Shown piece by piece: positions 44,925-59,990 of a stretch of 64,000 nucleotides of DNA. Made by a program: the position numbers and the translations under genes. Under the pieces are notes generated by a model, which was not told the origin of the DNA, ran no database searches, and worked only from the letters and a program-made list of their open reading frames with translations. This DNA comes from Octopus vulgaris (lineage: Eukaryota), in NCBI GenBank assembly GCA_951406725.2, contig OX597823.1, positions 28,148,001 through 28,212,000 of the forward strand, given 5' to 3'. How positions within the stretch are numbered: the first letter of the stretch is position 1; every line of letters begins with the position of its first letter.

Positions 44925-45150
44925 CATTCAACTCACCGCAGTTAATTTTTTTTTCATCCTGCGGAAATCGGCCTAGGAAGTGCTCACACAGCAGTAAAAA
45001 ATGTTGAAAATGAAGGACGACACTTTCAACACTTATAAAGTATTTAGTGTTGTCAATTCTAATATACTCTTTTGTAGTCTTGTACCATCTTATGAAAGTT
45101 TATTTTGCAATAAAATACTTACTGTGGAGACACTTTTTGAACACTCTATA
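44925..45150 (+). mobile_element. Tc1/mariner-type 3' remnant
   Basis: VENEGRHFQHL* followed by a TIR-like gacactttttgaacactcta. Confidence 0.5.
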
Positions 45151-45244
45151 TATTGAGTGATACAGTTCTAAATACTTGACATGGCTGATTTCTATTTAAT
45201 TACGTTTGTCTTTTTGTTGTTATTCTATCAGTCCTACTATTTTT

Positions 45245-45287
45245 CTTACTACTGCTACGGCTGCTATTGTTGCTGCTGCTGCTGCTG

Positions 45288-45359
<72 letters not shown>

Positions 45360-45452
45360 ATCTACTGTTGAACGGCCACTATGCTGCTGTTGCTGCTGTT
45401 ACTACTACTGCTGCTGCTAGTGTTCTACTACTACTACTACTACTACTACTAA

Positions 45453-45496
<44 letters not shown>

Positions 45497-45551
45497 AAGC
45501 TGCTGGTGCTATTACTGAACTAATTAGTAATAATAACAATCAGAATACTAA

Positions 45552-45633
<82 letters not shown>

Positions 45634-45660
45634 GTAATCATTATTATTATTACTATCATT
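45245..45660. repeat. Compound (CTA)n/(CTG)n/(ATT)n trinucleotide array
   Basis: Direct repeats visible. Confidence 0.95.
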
Positions 45661-46344
45661 GTTTCAAGGCCATTAATATAATTAATAATAGTCATGTGTA
45701 TTGAAATTTAATTAAAGTTATCGATTAATTCCAACTTTTATGAAATGATTTAACGGATATTGCATGTATATATTCATACATGCATACGTACATGTACACA
45801 CATGCATAGATACGCACGTACCTACACACATACAAGCATACATGCATGCATACGTACATACACACATACATACGTACATACACACATACGTATATATCTA
45901 CATGTATACGTACATGCATACATGCACATATAAATACACACACACATATATATATATATACATACATACACACATACATACACATATATATCTACATGTA
46001 TACATACATACATATATACATACTTACATATATACACACATACATTCACACATACATACGTGCATACACACATACCTATATATATCTACATGTATACGTA
46101 CATACATACACACATACATACATACACACATATATACATACATAGATGTTTGCATATATGTATATATGTATGCATATATGTATGTGTGTATGTATGCGTC
46201 CAACCATGTATGTATGCGTGTATGCATGCATGCATACATTGCTCACATACTGCATACATTGATACATGCATGCATGAAATGCATGCATGCGTACATACAT
46301 ATATACATACACATAGACAGTCATACATGCATTCATCAATAAAT

Positions 46345-46606
46345 GGTGGTTGTGGACTCCTTATGCAGAGTATGACCACCTCCTGCACCTACACCTTAGA
46401 ACCATCATGGCATTTTATGTGGCTTTTTAAACCAATGTTCTGAAAAGACACCCACATAAATTGAACCACCGATTTGGACCACAAAGAGCTGCAGATAATT
46501 TCTGCTCTTTGTGAATCTTAAAATGTCTCTTGAGGCCCCTGTCGGATTTACAAACCTTCTGGCATACACTGCATTCAAAGGTGTTAACAGACATATAGGA
46601 ATTAAT
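46345..46606 (-). mobile_element. C2H2-finger-encoding repeat fragment with 3' end, probably RTE-type LINE
   Basis: FECSVCQKVCKSDRGLKRHFKIH (CX2CX12HX3H) plus a decayed second finger; flanked by microsatellites. Confidence 0.6.
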
Positions 46607-47771
46607 CCATCCATCCATCCATCCATCCATACATCCATCCATCCATACATACATACATACATACATACACACACAATAAATGAGTAATCCCTCTTTGCGC
46701 ATGTCCGTGCATCAGGTACCATTTCTATTGTGTTCTTGATCATTGATCGGTTCTTCTTATTCTATTTTCTCGCACAGCCTTCTGACATGCTCCAGATCTT
46801 CGTCTTGAAACTTTTGATGCCATACACTCCTTACTTTCCCATCTTTTCTCTTCTCCTATCAGTGTTCAGCTCAATAATGTTTTGCATAGCAACGATACAG
46901 CTACCGGTCGATGTAACCAGCCTGCTATTTTCTTCGCTCCATAGTTATATCCCGACGTTGGTCCTCTTTAGTTCATTGGTTAGTATGCGGTTATTTTGTA
47001 TGTGTTTATACACATTCGTATAAATGTATTCGAACGCATTCCTACATTCGATGAAATGCTAATGTGGTATTTCCCCGTGCACAATACTATGATTGTATTC
47101 CCAAAATTCTTTATTTAAGGGAATCTTGGTATTAAACGATAAAAATCATCAAAATATGCGCAATGTTTCACTCACGAAATTTAAGGAAAATTTGAAGAAT
47201 GTTCATATGAGAAACAATAAAGTCTAAAAGCGAGCATCGTCACAAAGACTTTTAGACATCCTGACAGTCGGAGAAAGCAGCAGAATGGTCACTTTGTGAA
47301 GCAGCTACATAATCGATATGCAAAATAAGATTGAGATGAACACTAAGCTGAAGAGAGAGAATAGGGATAACCAAGTATTCTCATTATATCAGACATTTCA
47401 GCGATTCCATGTATCTGATGCACTGCCAAGGAACTCGAATTGGCTCGTATTGTCGATATTTTGTCCTTCAATTGTCAACATAGCATTCCATGTTCCTTGT
47501 TTGGTTTCCATAGTAGTTGTCCTTTCTGTTGTCATTCATAATCTGGGATTCCTCATAACTTTCACTCAGTCTTTGACTTAGTTTGCTAACAATTACTGGA
47601 ACCGTGCCAACAACGAAGTATAATTAGCGGCGTCCATGTTAAGCAGCAGTTTATGATTTCTCCACTAGATGATTATATTCGTTCTTGATCACCATCTGTT
47701 AAGAGCAGTTGTAAAACTACAACTAAAGAATATCTACTGGGTAAAACTAGGGAAACGTTTATAGATACAGT

Positions 47772-47875
<104 letters not shown>

Positions 47876-49574
47876 TAGACATACAGACAGACAGAGTGCG
47901 GAAGAATATTCGGAAGGAGAGACGGAAATTTTGATTGTTGAGAGAACTATTTGTAGCAACAACAACATCGATCAACAAATGAAAACCAGACATATACTGT
48001 TGAACTGTTAAGAGCGAAAATTTCAGCTAAGCTGCAAAACGGATTTGATAGTCTGGTTTAAAGAAAATGGAGAAATGTTGCGAAGACACTTCCAATAACA
48101 GTAAACATGACACTTGTATATAAAATGTGACATATTTATCGCAGATTCAGAAGAGGTTATTATTTCGGTAAATAGTGTTTGTATTCTCTGGTTTACGGAA
48201 TATATACCGATGCATAATTTAATTGTATTTTCTATATTTTTATTCCAAGTCCCTGTTTAAGTAGATAAGTCCTGCTACCTGTGGTTCTTATTAAACAGTG
48301 GACATGCATAGGAGATGTCCAAGAGTATCTATGTATGTATATGTATGCTAACCACTCTCCCCTCACACGTGTATATATATATATATAATGTATGTCTGTT
48401 TATGCGTGGTGTGTGTGTGTACGTGAGTATGTGCGTTTAGGTAAAGATACGCGTTTTCCCACAGAACACATCTGAATTCACTTAAAAAGATAAATATTAT
48501 GATAATAGCTCAATAAAATATATCTTAAGTCGTTTCACAATTAGAAATAACGTCAAAATTGAAAAGAGATGGAACGGATTTGAACACGAAACAATTGTTT
48601 TTTATTAAAACTATGAAAAACGACACATGTGGAAAATACTACGATAATATCGAACTAGTATATTGTTTCTGAAAGGGATGTAAAAATAATTGGGGTTACA
48701 ACCAGATTCATTTAGTTCCTAGTAGTTACTTTGTGAAGGCACATAGCTGAGTGGTTCGCTGTGAGTTTGAGCGAGAACCTTCATTCCAACTTATTCTAGT
48801 CAACTAAAATGAGTTCCAACTGTGTGTTGGTGGAATCTTCTCTCCCTCCAACTGTTCGCATCCAAGATGTTCCGTTGGAACAAGGTGAGAGGATCAAGAG
48901 AATAGTTTATCTGTTTGCGATTACAGAGGTGAAAGCATGGTATATACAATCAAGCTACACCTGCTTACTAGTTGAAGACTAAGATGTGGACTAGCTATAT
49001 TATCAAAGTACAGATTACCTGATTCGAAGCTCGGGTGTGTGTCGGTCCAGGTTTTTGTCTTCGACAAAATTCTTTCGTTCAGAGATTATGTTTACTGAAG
49101 ATTTCAAATATACCAACCAGTTTAGTTTTATAGTTATATGATTATATTTTATACTGCTACATGTAACCAAATCCATTATATAAAGATAGATAAACACATA
49201 GGTAGATAGATAGACAGAGATAGAGAGAGAGGAAGAGGGAGAGAGGAAGAGGGAGAGAGGAAGAGGGAGAGAGAAGGAGAGAGAGAGAAAGACAAAGATC
49301 TACATAAATATGTTGGTAGATATATATTTATATAGTGTATAGAAGGGATTATAATCCGAGCTGTCTTCGTAACAAATTTATAAAATAATTTTAAGAAAGA
49401 AATCTGTATTTTGTTTTCTTTTACATTCATAGAATTGGTATTCTGAATTCCTTATTTTAGTTCCCTGATAGGGAAGGATTGATTTATAGCTGTTTTTGTT
49501 TACAGTTTATTTTCATCTATCTATCCATCTATCTATATATTTATATATATATATATATCTTTATGTAAGTAAAG

Positions 49575-49912
49575 GGTAAAGACCCCCTTCGGTCATGAAT
49601 GACCATGGGATTGCACCTAGAAAGTTACCCTCCTAGACACAAGTCCGGGCAAGGTTGTTTATGGAAGACCAGCAGTCGCCCATGCATACCAGCCTCCCTC
49701 TCCACGCCACCAGTGTTATCCAAGGGAAAGACAAAGGTCGATACAGCTTGGCACCAGTGACGTCGCAACTCATTTCTACAGTTGAGTGAGCTGGAGCAAC
49801 GTGAAATAAAGTGACTTGCTCAAGAACACAACACGCAGCCCGGTCCGGGATTCGAGCTCACAACCTCACGATCGTAAGCTCGACGCTCTAACCACTGAGC
49901 CATGCGCCTTCA
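49575..49912 (-). mobile_element. Full-length tRNA/CORE-type SINE family D
   Basis: Minus strand A box TGGCTCAGTGG; CORE-like tgtgttcttgagcaagtcacttta...tgtagaaatg. Confidence 0.88.
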
Positions 49913-49920
49913 TGTAAGTA

Positions 49921-49980
<60 letters not shown>

Positions 49981-50053
49981 CATATACATATATATATATA
50001 CATACATATGTATACACACACACACACATATATATACATATGTATGTATATAC

Positions 50054-50118
<65 letters not shown>

Positions 50119-50529
50119 GAATTGGCTTTTTCTTATCTTTTGAATTTATTTCTTATACGTTAATGAAATTTCTTATTTTGTTGCTCTTGTTTTTGTTGCT
50201 GATATTGTTGCAATTGTTATGATCATTTATCATTCAGACACCTGATGATTTGCCCTCAGATACACTACTTTACTCTCAACACTCAATACGATGTTCGTGT
50301 CGAATGTCAGCCAGACTAATTGAGATTCTAAAAATTATCAAAATGGACAATGAAAAGCAGAGATACAGCTTAAAAAGATGGCGCTCATAAACCAAAAAAA
50401 AAGAAAAAGACATAGACTAAAAACAAAAAAGAAATTTATAGTACTTCTCCGCTTATATGCTTATTGATTTATGGATTTTAATTTATAATACAATTGTTAA
50501 CAATAACTCTTTCTCTTTCTCTTTTCTCT

Positions 50530-50930
50530 TTTACTTGTTTCAGTCATTTGACTGCGGCCATGCTGGAGCACCGCTTTAATCGAGTAACTCGACCCCGGGA
50601 CTTATTCTTTTGTAAGTCCAGTACTTATTCTATCGGTCTCTTTTGCCGAACCGCTAAGTGACGGGGACGTAAACACACCAGCATCGGTTGTCAAGCAATG
50701 CTTGGGGGACAAACACAGACACACAAACATACACACACACATATATATATATATATATACATATATACGACAGGCTTCTTTCAGTTTCCGTCTACCAAAT
50801 CCACTCACAAGGCATTGGTCGGCCCGGGGCTATAGCAGAAGACACTTGCCCAAGATGCCACGCAGTAGGACTGAACCCGGAACCATGTGGTTGGTTAGCA
50901 AGCTACTTACCACACAGCCACTCCTGCGCC
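50530..50930 (-). mobile_element. SINE family B, full-length copy
   Basis: Reverse complement aligns to 31900-32362 on both sides of the internal microsatellite. Confidence 0.88.
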
Positions 50931-53599
50931 TATAACGTCGTCATTATTTACAGATGTCGAATAAAACAATCACAGGTTCACTGCTTTCCTGACTCCGAAA
51001 ACGACAATGCGTATATGATATTAACTCGGTGCTTATAATACAAACATTGCACCGGGTAAACTATTGGGTAAGTTGTTCCAGTTCTTTACGTTCTGAGTTC
51101 AAATACTGCCGAGGTCAACATTGGTTTTTATCCATCCTTTGGAGATCAATAAAATAAAGTACAAATCCTGTAAATGAGTCGATATAATCGACTTGTCCGT
51201 TTCTCTCAAATTTGTTGTCATTGTGCCACAATTAGAGATAAATAGCAATTAGAGATTAAATAATTTCTTTCAGCTTATTACCATATTCGTTTTAGTTGCT
51301 TGGTCTCAAGAAAGGACACTGCCCATTGTCTTCGCATGGTTGAGAAACAAGTGAGTCTCGAGTGCCTAGGTAAAAGCGGTATAAGACTACCCAGGGCCGA
51401 GAAATAAATGACGTTAATTTTAGAAGCGATAATAAAGCAGAGACAGCATGCCTGTGGATCAGAGGCTGGGATATTTGAGTTATTTAATGCAAGTCAGTCC
51501 AGCAGCCTTACTCTGGACGCGGTGTAGGATACTCCTGTGCACACCGTGAGTTCTTTAGCTGAGTGCTATTAATATATAAAGTGTGTAAAGTGGCGAGCTG
51601 ACAGAAATGTTTGCACGCCAGGCAAAAAATTGTTTAACGGCATTTCCTCCGTCCTCATGTTCTGACTTCAAATTCTGCCGAGGTCGACTTTACCATTCAC
51701 CCTTTCGGGGTTGATGAAATAACTACCAGTTAAATACTGGGGTTGCTGTAATCGACTTACCCCTTCCTCCAAAATGCTGGCCTTGTGCCAAAATTTGAAA
51801 TCAATATATAAAGTGTGTGATAGCTTTGCTGTAAAAACAAGATTAGCTTGGGCCTACTGGCGTATGCTTCTGAGGAATTTGCCCATGGAGTCGGCGCAGA
51901 TTTGGCATATTATATGTATGTGTTGCATGTAGATGATGTGTAGTTTGGAAGGGTTTTGTAGGAATGAAGGATCGTACTTAGACAACGGTGGGCGTTGCTA
52001 GACGTGCTGGTAAATAAATCACTGATGGGAGAGGACGGAGCTATTCCCCAGTTACACAAGAGTTGATCGAGTGGGCTCAGTCTGAACACTCCGCTTTAGT
52101 ACGATTTCACCCAACTCCCTGTCTTTTTTTTAGGGGTTCAATTCTAAAAACTTTTCAAAAAGGGATTCGTCTTACTTCAGCCATGAAACTTCTTGTTTGA
52201 TTCCATCATAATGCTAATAACTTATTGTGTGAATTTTAGGAGCATTGCTATTTGATTTGCTTGAAATAGCAGCTAAATATTCCTCCAATGACATTAATCT
52301 TTCAGACATATTAGATAACCTAATCCTAGATTTATGAGGAAACGGTCTCGGATGGAATACCTTTAAAGCTATATCAGTAGAATAAAATCTAACCTGGATT
52401 ATATCAGTCGAATAAAATCTAATACATCATCAACGAATTCACGATTCATAGATCACTCTTAAGAAAATATAATAATGAACATTAACGCAAACTTTATTCT
52501 TTTACTCTTTTATTTGTTTCAGTCATTTGATTGCTGCCATGATGGAGCACCGCCTTTAGTCGAGCAAATCGACCCAAGGACTTATTCTTTGTAAGCTTAG
52601 TACTTATTCTATCGGTTCCCTTTTGCCGAACCGCTAAGTTACAGGGACGTAAACACAACTGCATCGGTTGTTAAACGATGTTGGGGACAAACACAGACAC
52701 ACAAACATACATACACACAGACATACACACACACACACGCACACACACATACATATACATATACGACTGGCTTCTTTCAGTTTCCGTCTGAGATGAATAA
52801 ATGGATGAAAAAGTTCAAAATTTACAATTGAAGGAGAGGATGAAATTTGAGCCCCTTATTAAACTTTGTAACATTAATTATTAAACATTAATGTTTGTTT
52901 CTCATAAAATGGCGTATATTTAATTTACATTAAATTTTTATTTACACAAGTAAAACGCAAATTCTCTTTACTTTAATATTTTTGTTTGGATTTAATTTCT
53001 ATTTGCACATGTTCGTCAATTCGCAACGGTCTTTTTAAAGTAAACAAAATCAAAAATTCAAATTCGGGGGAGGGGGCGAAATAAAAAAAAAATTTGCATA
53101 TTCGTAATCTCCGCCATCTCAAACGAACGTAGGAATCTGAGATTTTTTATTCAAAAAGCAACATTTTTCAAGGAGAGGTGCGAAACTGCGTTAGCCCCGA
53201 ATATACGCCGGTCAAAATACCTTGCAGTATATATATACAGTTTTTTATATTCCGAGATCAAATCCCGTCGAAGCCTGCTTTGACTTCCATACGTCTGGAA
53301 TCAATAAAAACGCACCAATCAAGTACTTGAGTTGATGGTATCGACTAACCCACTAGGTTAATGGTGAGTGGACTTCATATTATATAGAGAAAGATGTAAG
53401 ATAACGGTGAGCGGAATTCTTAATCCATTTTCAGAGAGGTAAGTTAATGATGAGTGGACATTCTGAATCGATTTCGTATCTGATTAGAAGCCAGTCTCTC
53501 CAAGCTGACATTCATGGCTTTGACATCAATAAACTCATTCTCTCACCCTTATACATCTGTAGACTTGGAACTGGAATGAGAAATCAATAGCTAGTTGGA

Positions 53600-53648
53600 G
53601 AGATAGATAGGGAAAGACAGAAAGATGAAGAATGAGAGAGAGTGAGAA

Positions 53649-53687
<39 letters not shown>

Positions 53688-54700
53688 AGAAAGATAGATA
53701 GAGAGAGAGAGAGAGAGAGTGAAATGAAAAATGAAAAGCAAGGGAGTAAGAAACAGTGAGACGTTAGGAATGAGATATGAAATAACAGTGGGCGGTGTGT
53801 ATGTGAGTGTGTGAGTGTGTGTGTGTGAGAGAGAGAGAGAGAGAAGGGAGAGAGAGAGAGAGAGAGCGAGAGAAAGAGAAAGAGAAAAAGACAAGAAATA
53901 AAGGGAAGTTTGGAGGGATGAAGGGAGAGAGTGTCAGAGACTAATGTCGAACAGAGACAGTAAGAGACAGTGAGAAGTTGATGTAAAATATTAATAGCGA
54001 AGAAATCAGAGAATGAATGGGGTGATAGATGGATAGAGAAGGAGAGAGAGAAAGAGAGTTAGAGAGAGAGTTAAAGACACAGACAGACAAATAAACACGT
54101 GAAGGATGAAAGAGGAAAAGGGAAAATGTAATAGGATGAGTAAAGATGTTAAGAATGTGATAAAAAATAATACCATTAGAGGAGAGAGAAAGAGAGAGAA
54201 AGCGAGAGAAAAAGAGAGAGGGAGAGAGTGAAAGAGGGAGAGAAAAAGAGAGAGAGAGAGAAAAAGAAAGAGAGAGAGAGTGAAAGAGGGAGAGAGAAAG
54301 AGAGTGAGAGAAAGAAAGAAAGAGAGAGGGAGTGAAAGAGGGAGAGAGATAGAAAGAGAGGAAGGGAGAAAGAGATAGAGAGAGCGAGAAAGAGGGAGAG
54401 AGATAGAAAGAGAGAGGAAGAGAGAGAAGAAAAGATAGAAGAAAAGAGAAAAGAGGGAGAAAGAAAGGGAGAGAAAGCGAGAGAAAGAGGGAGAGAGAAA
54501 GAGAGAAAAGAAGAGAGAAAAGAGGGAGAAAGAAAGGGAGAGAGAAAGAGAGAGAGAGAGAAAGAGAGTGAGAGATGGGGAGAAATAAAAACGAAAGAGA
54601 GAGAGATAGATAGAAAGTGAGACAAAAAAAGTTGAAAGAGGAAGGAAAACTTGAGAGAGAGAGAGAGAGAGAGAAAGAAAGAGAAAGAGAGAAATAGAGA
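53600..54700. repeat. Long purine-rich (GA/GAAA) low-complexity tract
   Basis: Almost exclusively A/G on the + strand, especially 54178-54706. Confidence 0.9.
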
Positions 54701-55245
54701 GAGGGAGGCCGAAGTACTACAAAGAGTGTTAAAGAATGATTAAATGATTGGGGATGGGTGAAGGAGGTTAGGCGAGAAAGAGAATAAAAAGAAAGTGAAA
54801 GAGTATCAGTAAAGAAAGAAATGAAAAATAACAGCGGCAACGAAAGAAAACTGAATAATTAAGAAAAAGAGAAATAAACAAGAAAAAGGAAATAATATTT
54901 GAATTATGAGAAAATCGATTGAGAAGATTGAGAAATCACGGTGGGTGGTGGTGGTGGGGGGAACATAATGAGAGTAAGAGGGAGAGCAAGAGATAGATAG
55001 ATAAAAAGATAGATAGACACACAGGCAGACATCAGATAGATAGAGAGATAGATCGATAGACAGATAAATAGATAGATGGATAGATAAATAGACACACAGG
55101 TAGACAGACAGATAGACAGACAGATAGAGAGATAGAAAGATAGATTGACAGGCAGATGGACACACAGGCAGACAAATAGAAAGATAGATCGATCGATAGA
55201 CAGATAAATTGATAGATAGACACACAGATTGACAGACAGACAGAC

Positions 55246-55319
<74 letters not shown>

Positions 55320-55320
55320 G

Positions 55321-55528
55321 TTTCTTTATTGACCACACAGGGCTGCACACAGATGGGGCAAGTTACAAGGTAGAGCTTTTCTTTTGGGGGATGAAAAAAA
55401 CAAAAAACAAAAAACAAAAAACAAAAAACAAAAAACAAAAAAGGTGGCGTAGGTTTTCGATCAAAAGGGATCGTGAAAGGGAAAAAAGAACAAAAAATAA
55501 AAAAAGAAAAGAAAGAAAAAAGGAAAAG
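55321..55528 (-). mobile_element. 3' UTR fragment of the Tx1-like element inside (TAGA)n
   Basis: tttctttattgaccacacagggctgcacacaga...gtagagcttttc matches the 9985 copy and the 7160-7232 end. Confidence 0.85.
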
Positions 55529-55535
55529 GATAGAT

Positions 55536-55599
<64 letters not shown>

Positions 55600-55607
55600 A
55601 TAGATAT

Positions 55608-55672
<65 letters not shown>

Positions 55673-56424
55673 CAGACACACAGGCAGATAGATAGCTAGA
55701 TCGATCGATAGAGAGATAAATAGATAGATAGATAGATAGACAGGTATATATATATATATAGAGAGAGAGAGAGTGAGAGAGAGGAGAGGCGAGAGAGAAA
55801 ACTAAGCAAACCGACAAACACACAGAATAGATAGCCAGCTATAGTATTAGGTGCTTACGAGAAACTATTGTATGGAATGAATGAGAACATTTTAGGTTAA
55901 CTTCCATCCTGTTGATTAGACAAAGGCGCCATTGTAAGTAACATTTTCCCATTGAATTTCTGCAGTTGTGTTGTCTCGCTCTGAAATTACCCATCAGCCT
56001 CTATCTCTCATATACTTAGCGGAACTCTTACACACCAGAAAGGGTTTAATTTCAAGCCACATTACTTGTGTGTATACATAAACATTTCCTGGTGATTCTA
56101 AAAAATAAAATAAAATAAAATAAAATAAAATAAAAAAAAAGAAATCTTGAAAATCGATGAAGGTTCGGGGTTGCACAAGGGTTAAACAACGGCGACAACA
56201 ATATTAGCATTAACGCTGTTAATGAGAGCGCTTCTGCGTGGTCAATCGACCGCCTAGAAATAGGTGTCGAATGTCCTTCAAATCACACCCTACAATATTT
56301 GAAAAGGAAGGAAGTGCTTATTTGATAATCCAAATCTGGAAAATGATGGCATGGCCAGGACGAAAACACTCTTGATTGTTTATTTGGTTGATAAGAAAAG
56401 ACCAGAGCTTGTACCACAACAATA

Positions 56425-56461
<37 letters not shown>

Positions 56462-57083
56462 TCTCTTTTACTTGTTTCAGTTATTTGACTGCGGCCATGC
56501 TGGAGCACCGCCTTTAGTCGAGCAAATCGACCCCAGAAACCACAGACACACAAACATATACGCACACACACACACAAACACACTCACACACACATATATA
56601 TATACTTATATACGACGGGCTTCTTTCATTTTCTGTCTACCAAATCCCGAGGCTATAGTAGAAGGCACTTGCCCAAGGTACCACGCAGTGGGAATGAACC
56701 CGGAACCACGTGGGTGGGAAGCAAGCTCCTTACCACACAGCCACTCCTGCGCCTATGTGAAACATTGACGAGCGTTTCTATAGTTTGTTGTGCGTCGAGT
56801 ACATAAATGCTACTTAAGTCATAAGCAATGAGACGTAAAATGCCATCTACTTGGTCTTGAACAGCAAAATTATTGAGAAGTTAATTTGATTCTCGAAAGT
56901 TTCTGCCGATTAATAAATCACTCTCAAGAGAATATAATAATGAACATTAACTCAAATTTCAGAAACAGAAACACTCAAGGCTTCTATTTCTTCTATTTAT
57001 ATATTTTTTGTTGTTGTTGATAAATTTGCCGGCGTCTTCAGTAAGGCCCAGTTTTTTAACACAAAAAGCCTTATCTAGAATAG

Positions 57084-57114
<31 letters not shown>

Positions 57115-57226
57115 GATAGAGATAGATACATAGATAGATAGATGGATAGATAGTTAGACAAATTGATAGATAGCTTGATAGATAGACAGATAGATGGACA
57201 GACAGATAGATAGAAAGACAGAGAGT

Positions 57227-57260
<34 letters not shown>

Positions 57261-57672
57261 GAGAGAGAGAGAGTGAGCGAGTGAGAGAGAGAGAGTCTGT
57301 GAAAACCCGCAGAAACCTAGGTTTGTGAGTATCACGTAGGGCTAGAGATGGGAGCGATGACCCTTGCTTACACTATACGGATACAGACTGTGTCGACAGC
57401 CAGCTGGAAAAGATTTTTCCTGGGGCTAAACAACAGTAACATCGTCCCTGTATCGGACTGCCACATTCTGTTGGTAAATCAACTTTACTACTCTTATTTA
57501 GAAGTTTCTCTGAAACAAAATATCAAGGCTAGAGCCCTTCGCTTTGCAAACCCGTGGTTTCGAGGTCAGCACAGAATCTTCTATAATACCGGGATAATCA
57601 GTGCTTTATGAATGAATTTGGTTGACGGAAACTGCGTGGAAACCGGACGTGTATATGTATGTGTATACATAC

Positions 57673-57799
<127 letters not shown>

Positions 57800-58102
57800 C
57801 ATACATTCATGCACACACTCACGCACACAAGTAGCCATGTGCATGTTTGTTTTTGTGTTTTTTTCTTTTTCCTACCACCGCATGACAACCGCGGTTCGGT
57901 AAAGGAGGCCGATAAAAGAATTCACATGTCTAAAAATAAGTACTCACCCCATTTTTTCCCGAATACATAACTTGCAACGCGGTTCCTCGCCATGGCTGCA
58001 GTTCAATGATTGAAACGATTAGAAAACAAAAGACAATCTTAAATATCATTGATTTCCAATAATGATATTTTACACGTTGTTTGCACGTTGGGCACAATGT
58101 AT

Positions 58103-58166
<64 letters not shown>

Positions 58167-58655
58167 GTAAAGGGAAAGTTTACGAAAATAAACAAAAGAC
58201 GAAGGCAGGTGGAGTACAAACAAACAAATGTATTAGTATGGCGCTCAGGAATAGAAATAGAACAAGTCTTTTAAGTTTCGAGCTTACGCTCTTTGACAGA
58301 AAGATACACAGAAAAAAAACAAGGAGAGAAAAAAATGCGTGTAGGAGCTAACGATCTATCATGGCGTCATATATATACAGAGAGATAGATATAGAGATAA
58401 ATAGATGGATATACGTTCTGAGTTCAAATTCCACCGATGTAAATATTGCCTTTCATCCTTTCGGGGGTTGATAAAATAAGTACCAGTTGAACACTGGAGT
58501 TAATGCGATCGATCTTTCGCCACCCACCGAAATTGCTGGCCTTGTGCCAAAATGTGAAACCAATAGCGACATTTTACCAGATAATTCAGTTGACGTTTCT
58601 CATAATACCACATGCAGCCAAGTAAACTGTGATGCCATGTATTGCTAATGTAATG

Positions 58656-58820
58656 CAGTAGTCCCTCGGCTATCGCGAGTGTTACGTTCCAAAATACCCC
58701 GCGGTAGGTAAAAATCCGCGAAGTAGAACCAGTACTGTATATTTTTAAAATTATTTTTATAATTTGCACATATTTTAATATAAATACAAAACAACAAATG
58801 TTAACCGCGATATGGCGAGA
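58656..58820. mobile_element. Tigger/pogo-like MITE remnant
   Basis: Starts cagtagtccctcggctatcgcg; partial inverted end ccgcgatatggcgag. Confidence 0.45.
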
Positions 58821-59396
58821 TATTTTTCCATATTAAAAGACAATGTAAATAGAACTTTAAAATTGCTGTAACAATTCTACTTTGACCAGTCATCACCAAC
58901 AATTCCAAAATATGATATGATGTACACGAAGTGTAGATTCTAAGTGTCGTTATTATTTGAGAGAGAGCATAAAGCGACGAGCTAGCAGAACCGGTAACGA
59001 CTCGGAGAAAGGTTTTGGCGGCATTTCGCCCATACTTACGTTCTCAGTTCAAATGCAGCCGGGTTCGACTTTGTGTTTCATTGTTTCGGAGACGATAAAA
59101 TAAATAGCAAAAAAAAAAAAAAACACAGGCGTCGAAGTAATCGACTCTTCCCTTACCCCAAATTTCACTACCGGTATCAATGGCAGGCTCATTTTAAAGT
59201 GCATCTCACAAAACAGAATTGAAATAGTCTCAGAAGATTGTGGAAGTAGATTGTAAACAACAACAAAAATAATTATTAATGAATCCTTCCCTACCAGCTT
59301 ACAGAAATAAAGGATTCAGAAGACCAGTTCTATCAACGCACGAATATAACCAGATCACTGTCATAAAAGGACTTCGTAAGATTATATACGTCTGGT

Positions 59397-59650
59397 CCTT
59401 TTCGAGCAACGCGTGGCTCATAGGGCCGGTTTCCCGGTTTCCTTGGCGTATAGGTACCCTACCTGAACGGGACGCCGGTCCGTCACAAGTGAGCTGCAAG
59501 ATGCAGGGAAAGACTCAGCAGAAGTTCGCCATTACCTCCTACCGGAGCCGCGTGGAGCTTAGGTGTTTCGCTCATAAACATAAACATCGCCCGATCTGAG
59601 ATTCGAACCCGCGAGTCCGCTGCTGTAACCACTAAGCCATGTGCCTCCAC
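59397..59650 (-). mobile_element. tRNA-derived SINE, variant related to 32840-33135
   Basis: Shared ggctcat.gg.cc.gtttcccggtttc tail and ggagctt..ggtgttt.cgct body. Confidence 0.8.
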
Positions 59651-59654
59651 TAAG

Positions 59655-59693
<39 letters not shown>

Positions 59694-59775
59694 TAATCTT
59701 AATGGAGGCATATGTATATATGTGTGTATGTGTATATATATATATATATATATAATCTTAATGGAGGCATATGTA

Positions 59776-59835
<60 letters not shown>

Positions 59836-59862
59836 TATATACACATATATATATACATCTCA

Positions 59863-59990
59863 GTTAAGCTGATTCGCCTCGCATCCTCCTGGTTCCAGAA
59901 CCGTCTTGAGGCCGCGTTGGATGCTGACGGTGGTTACTTTGAGTAAACTTTTATCTCTCAGCCATAATCTTCTTGCTATTTTTTGATTTT
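59863..59990 (+). mobile_element. Tc1/mariner-superfamily transposase C-terminal remnant
   Basis: [17 protein letters not shown]. Confidence 0.6.

Noticed and set aside
53355-53465. Three spaced tggtgagtgga-like repeats, superficially CRISPR-like
   Set aside because: Short, degenerate, eukaryotic context, no cas genes; likely an old minisatellite
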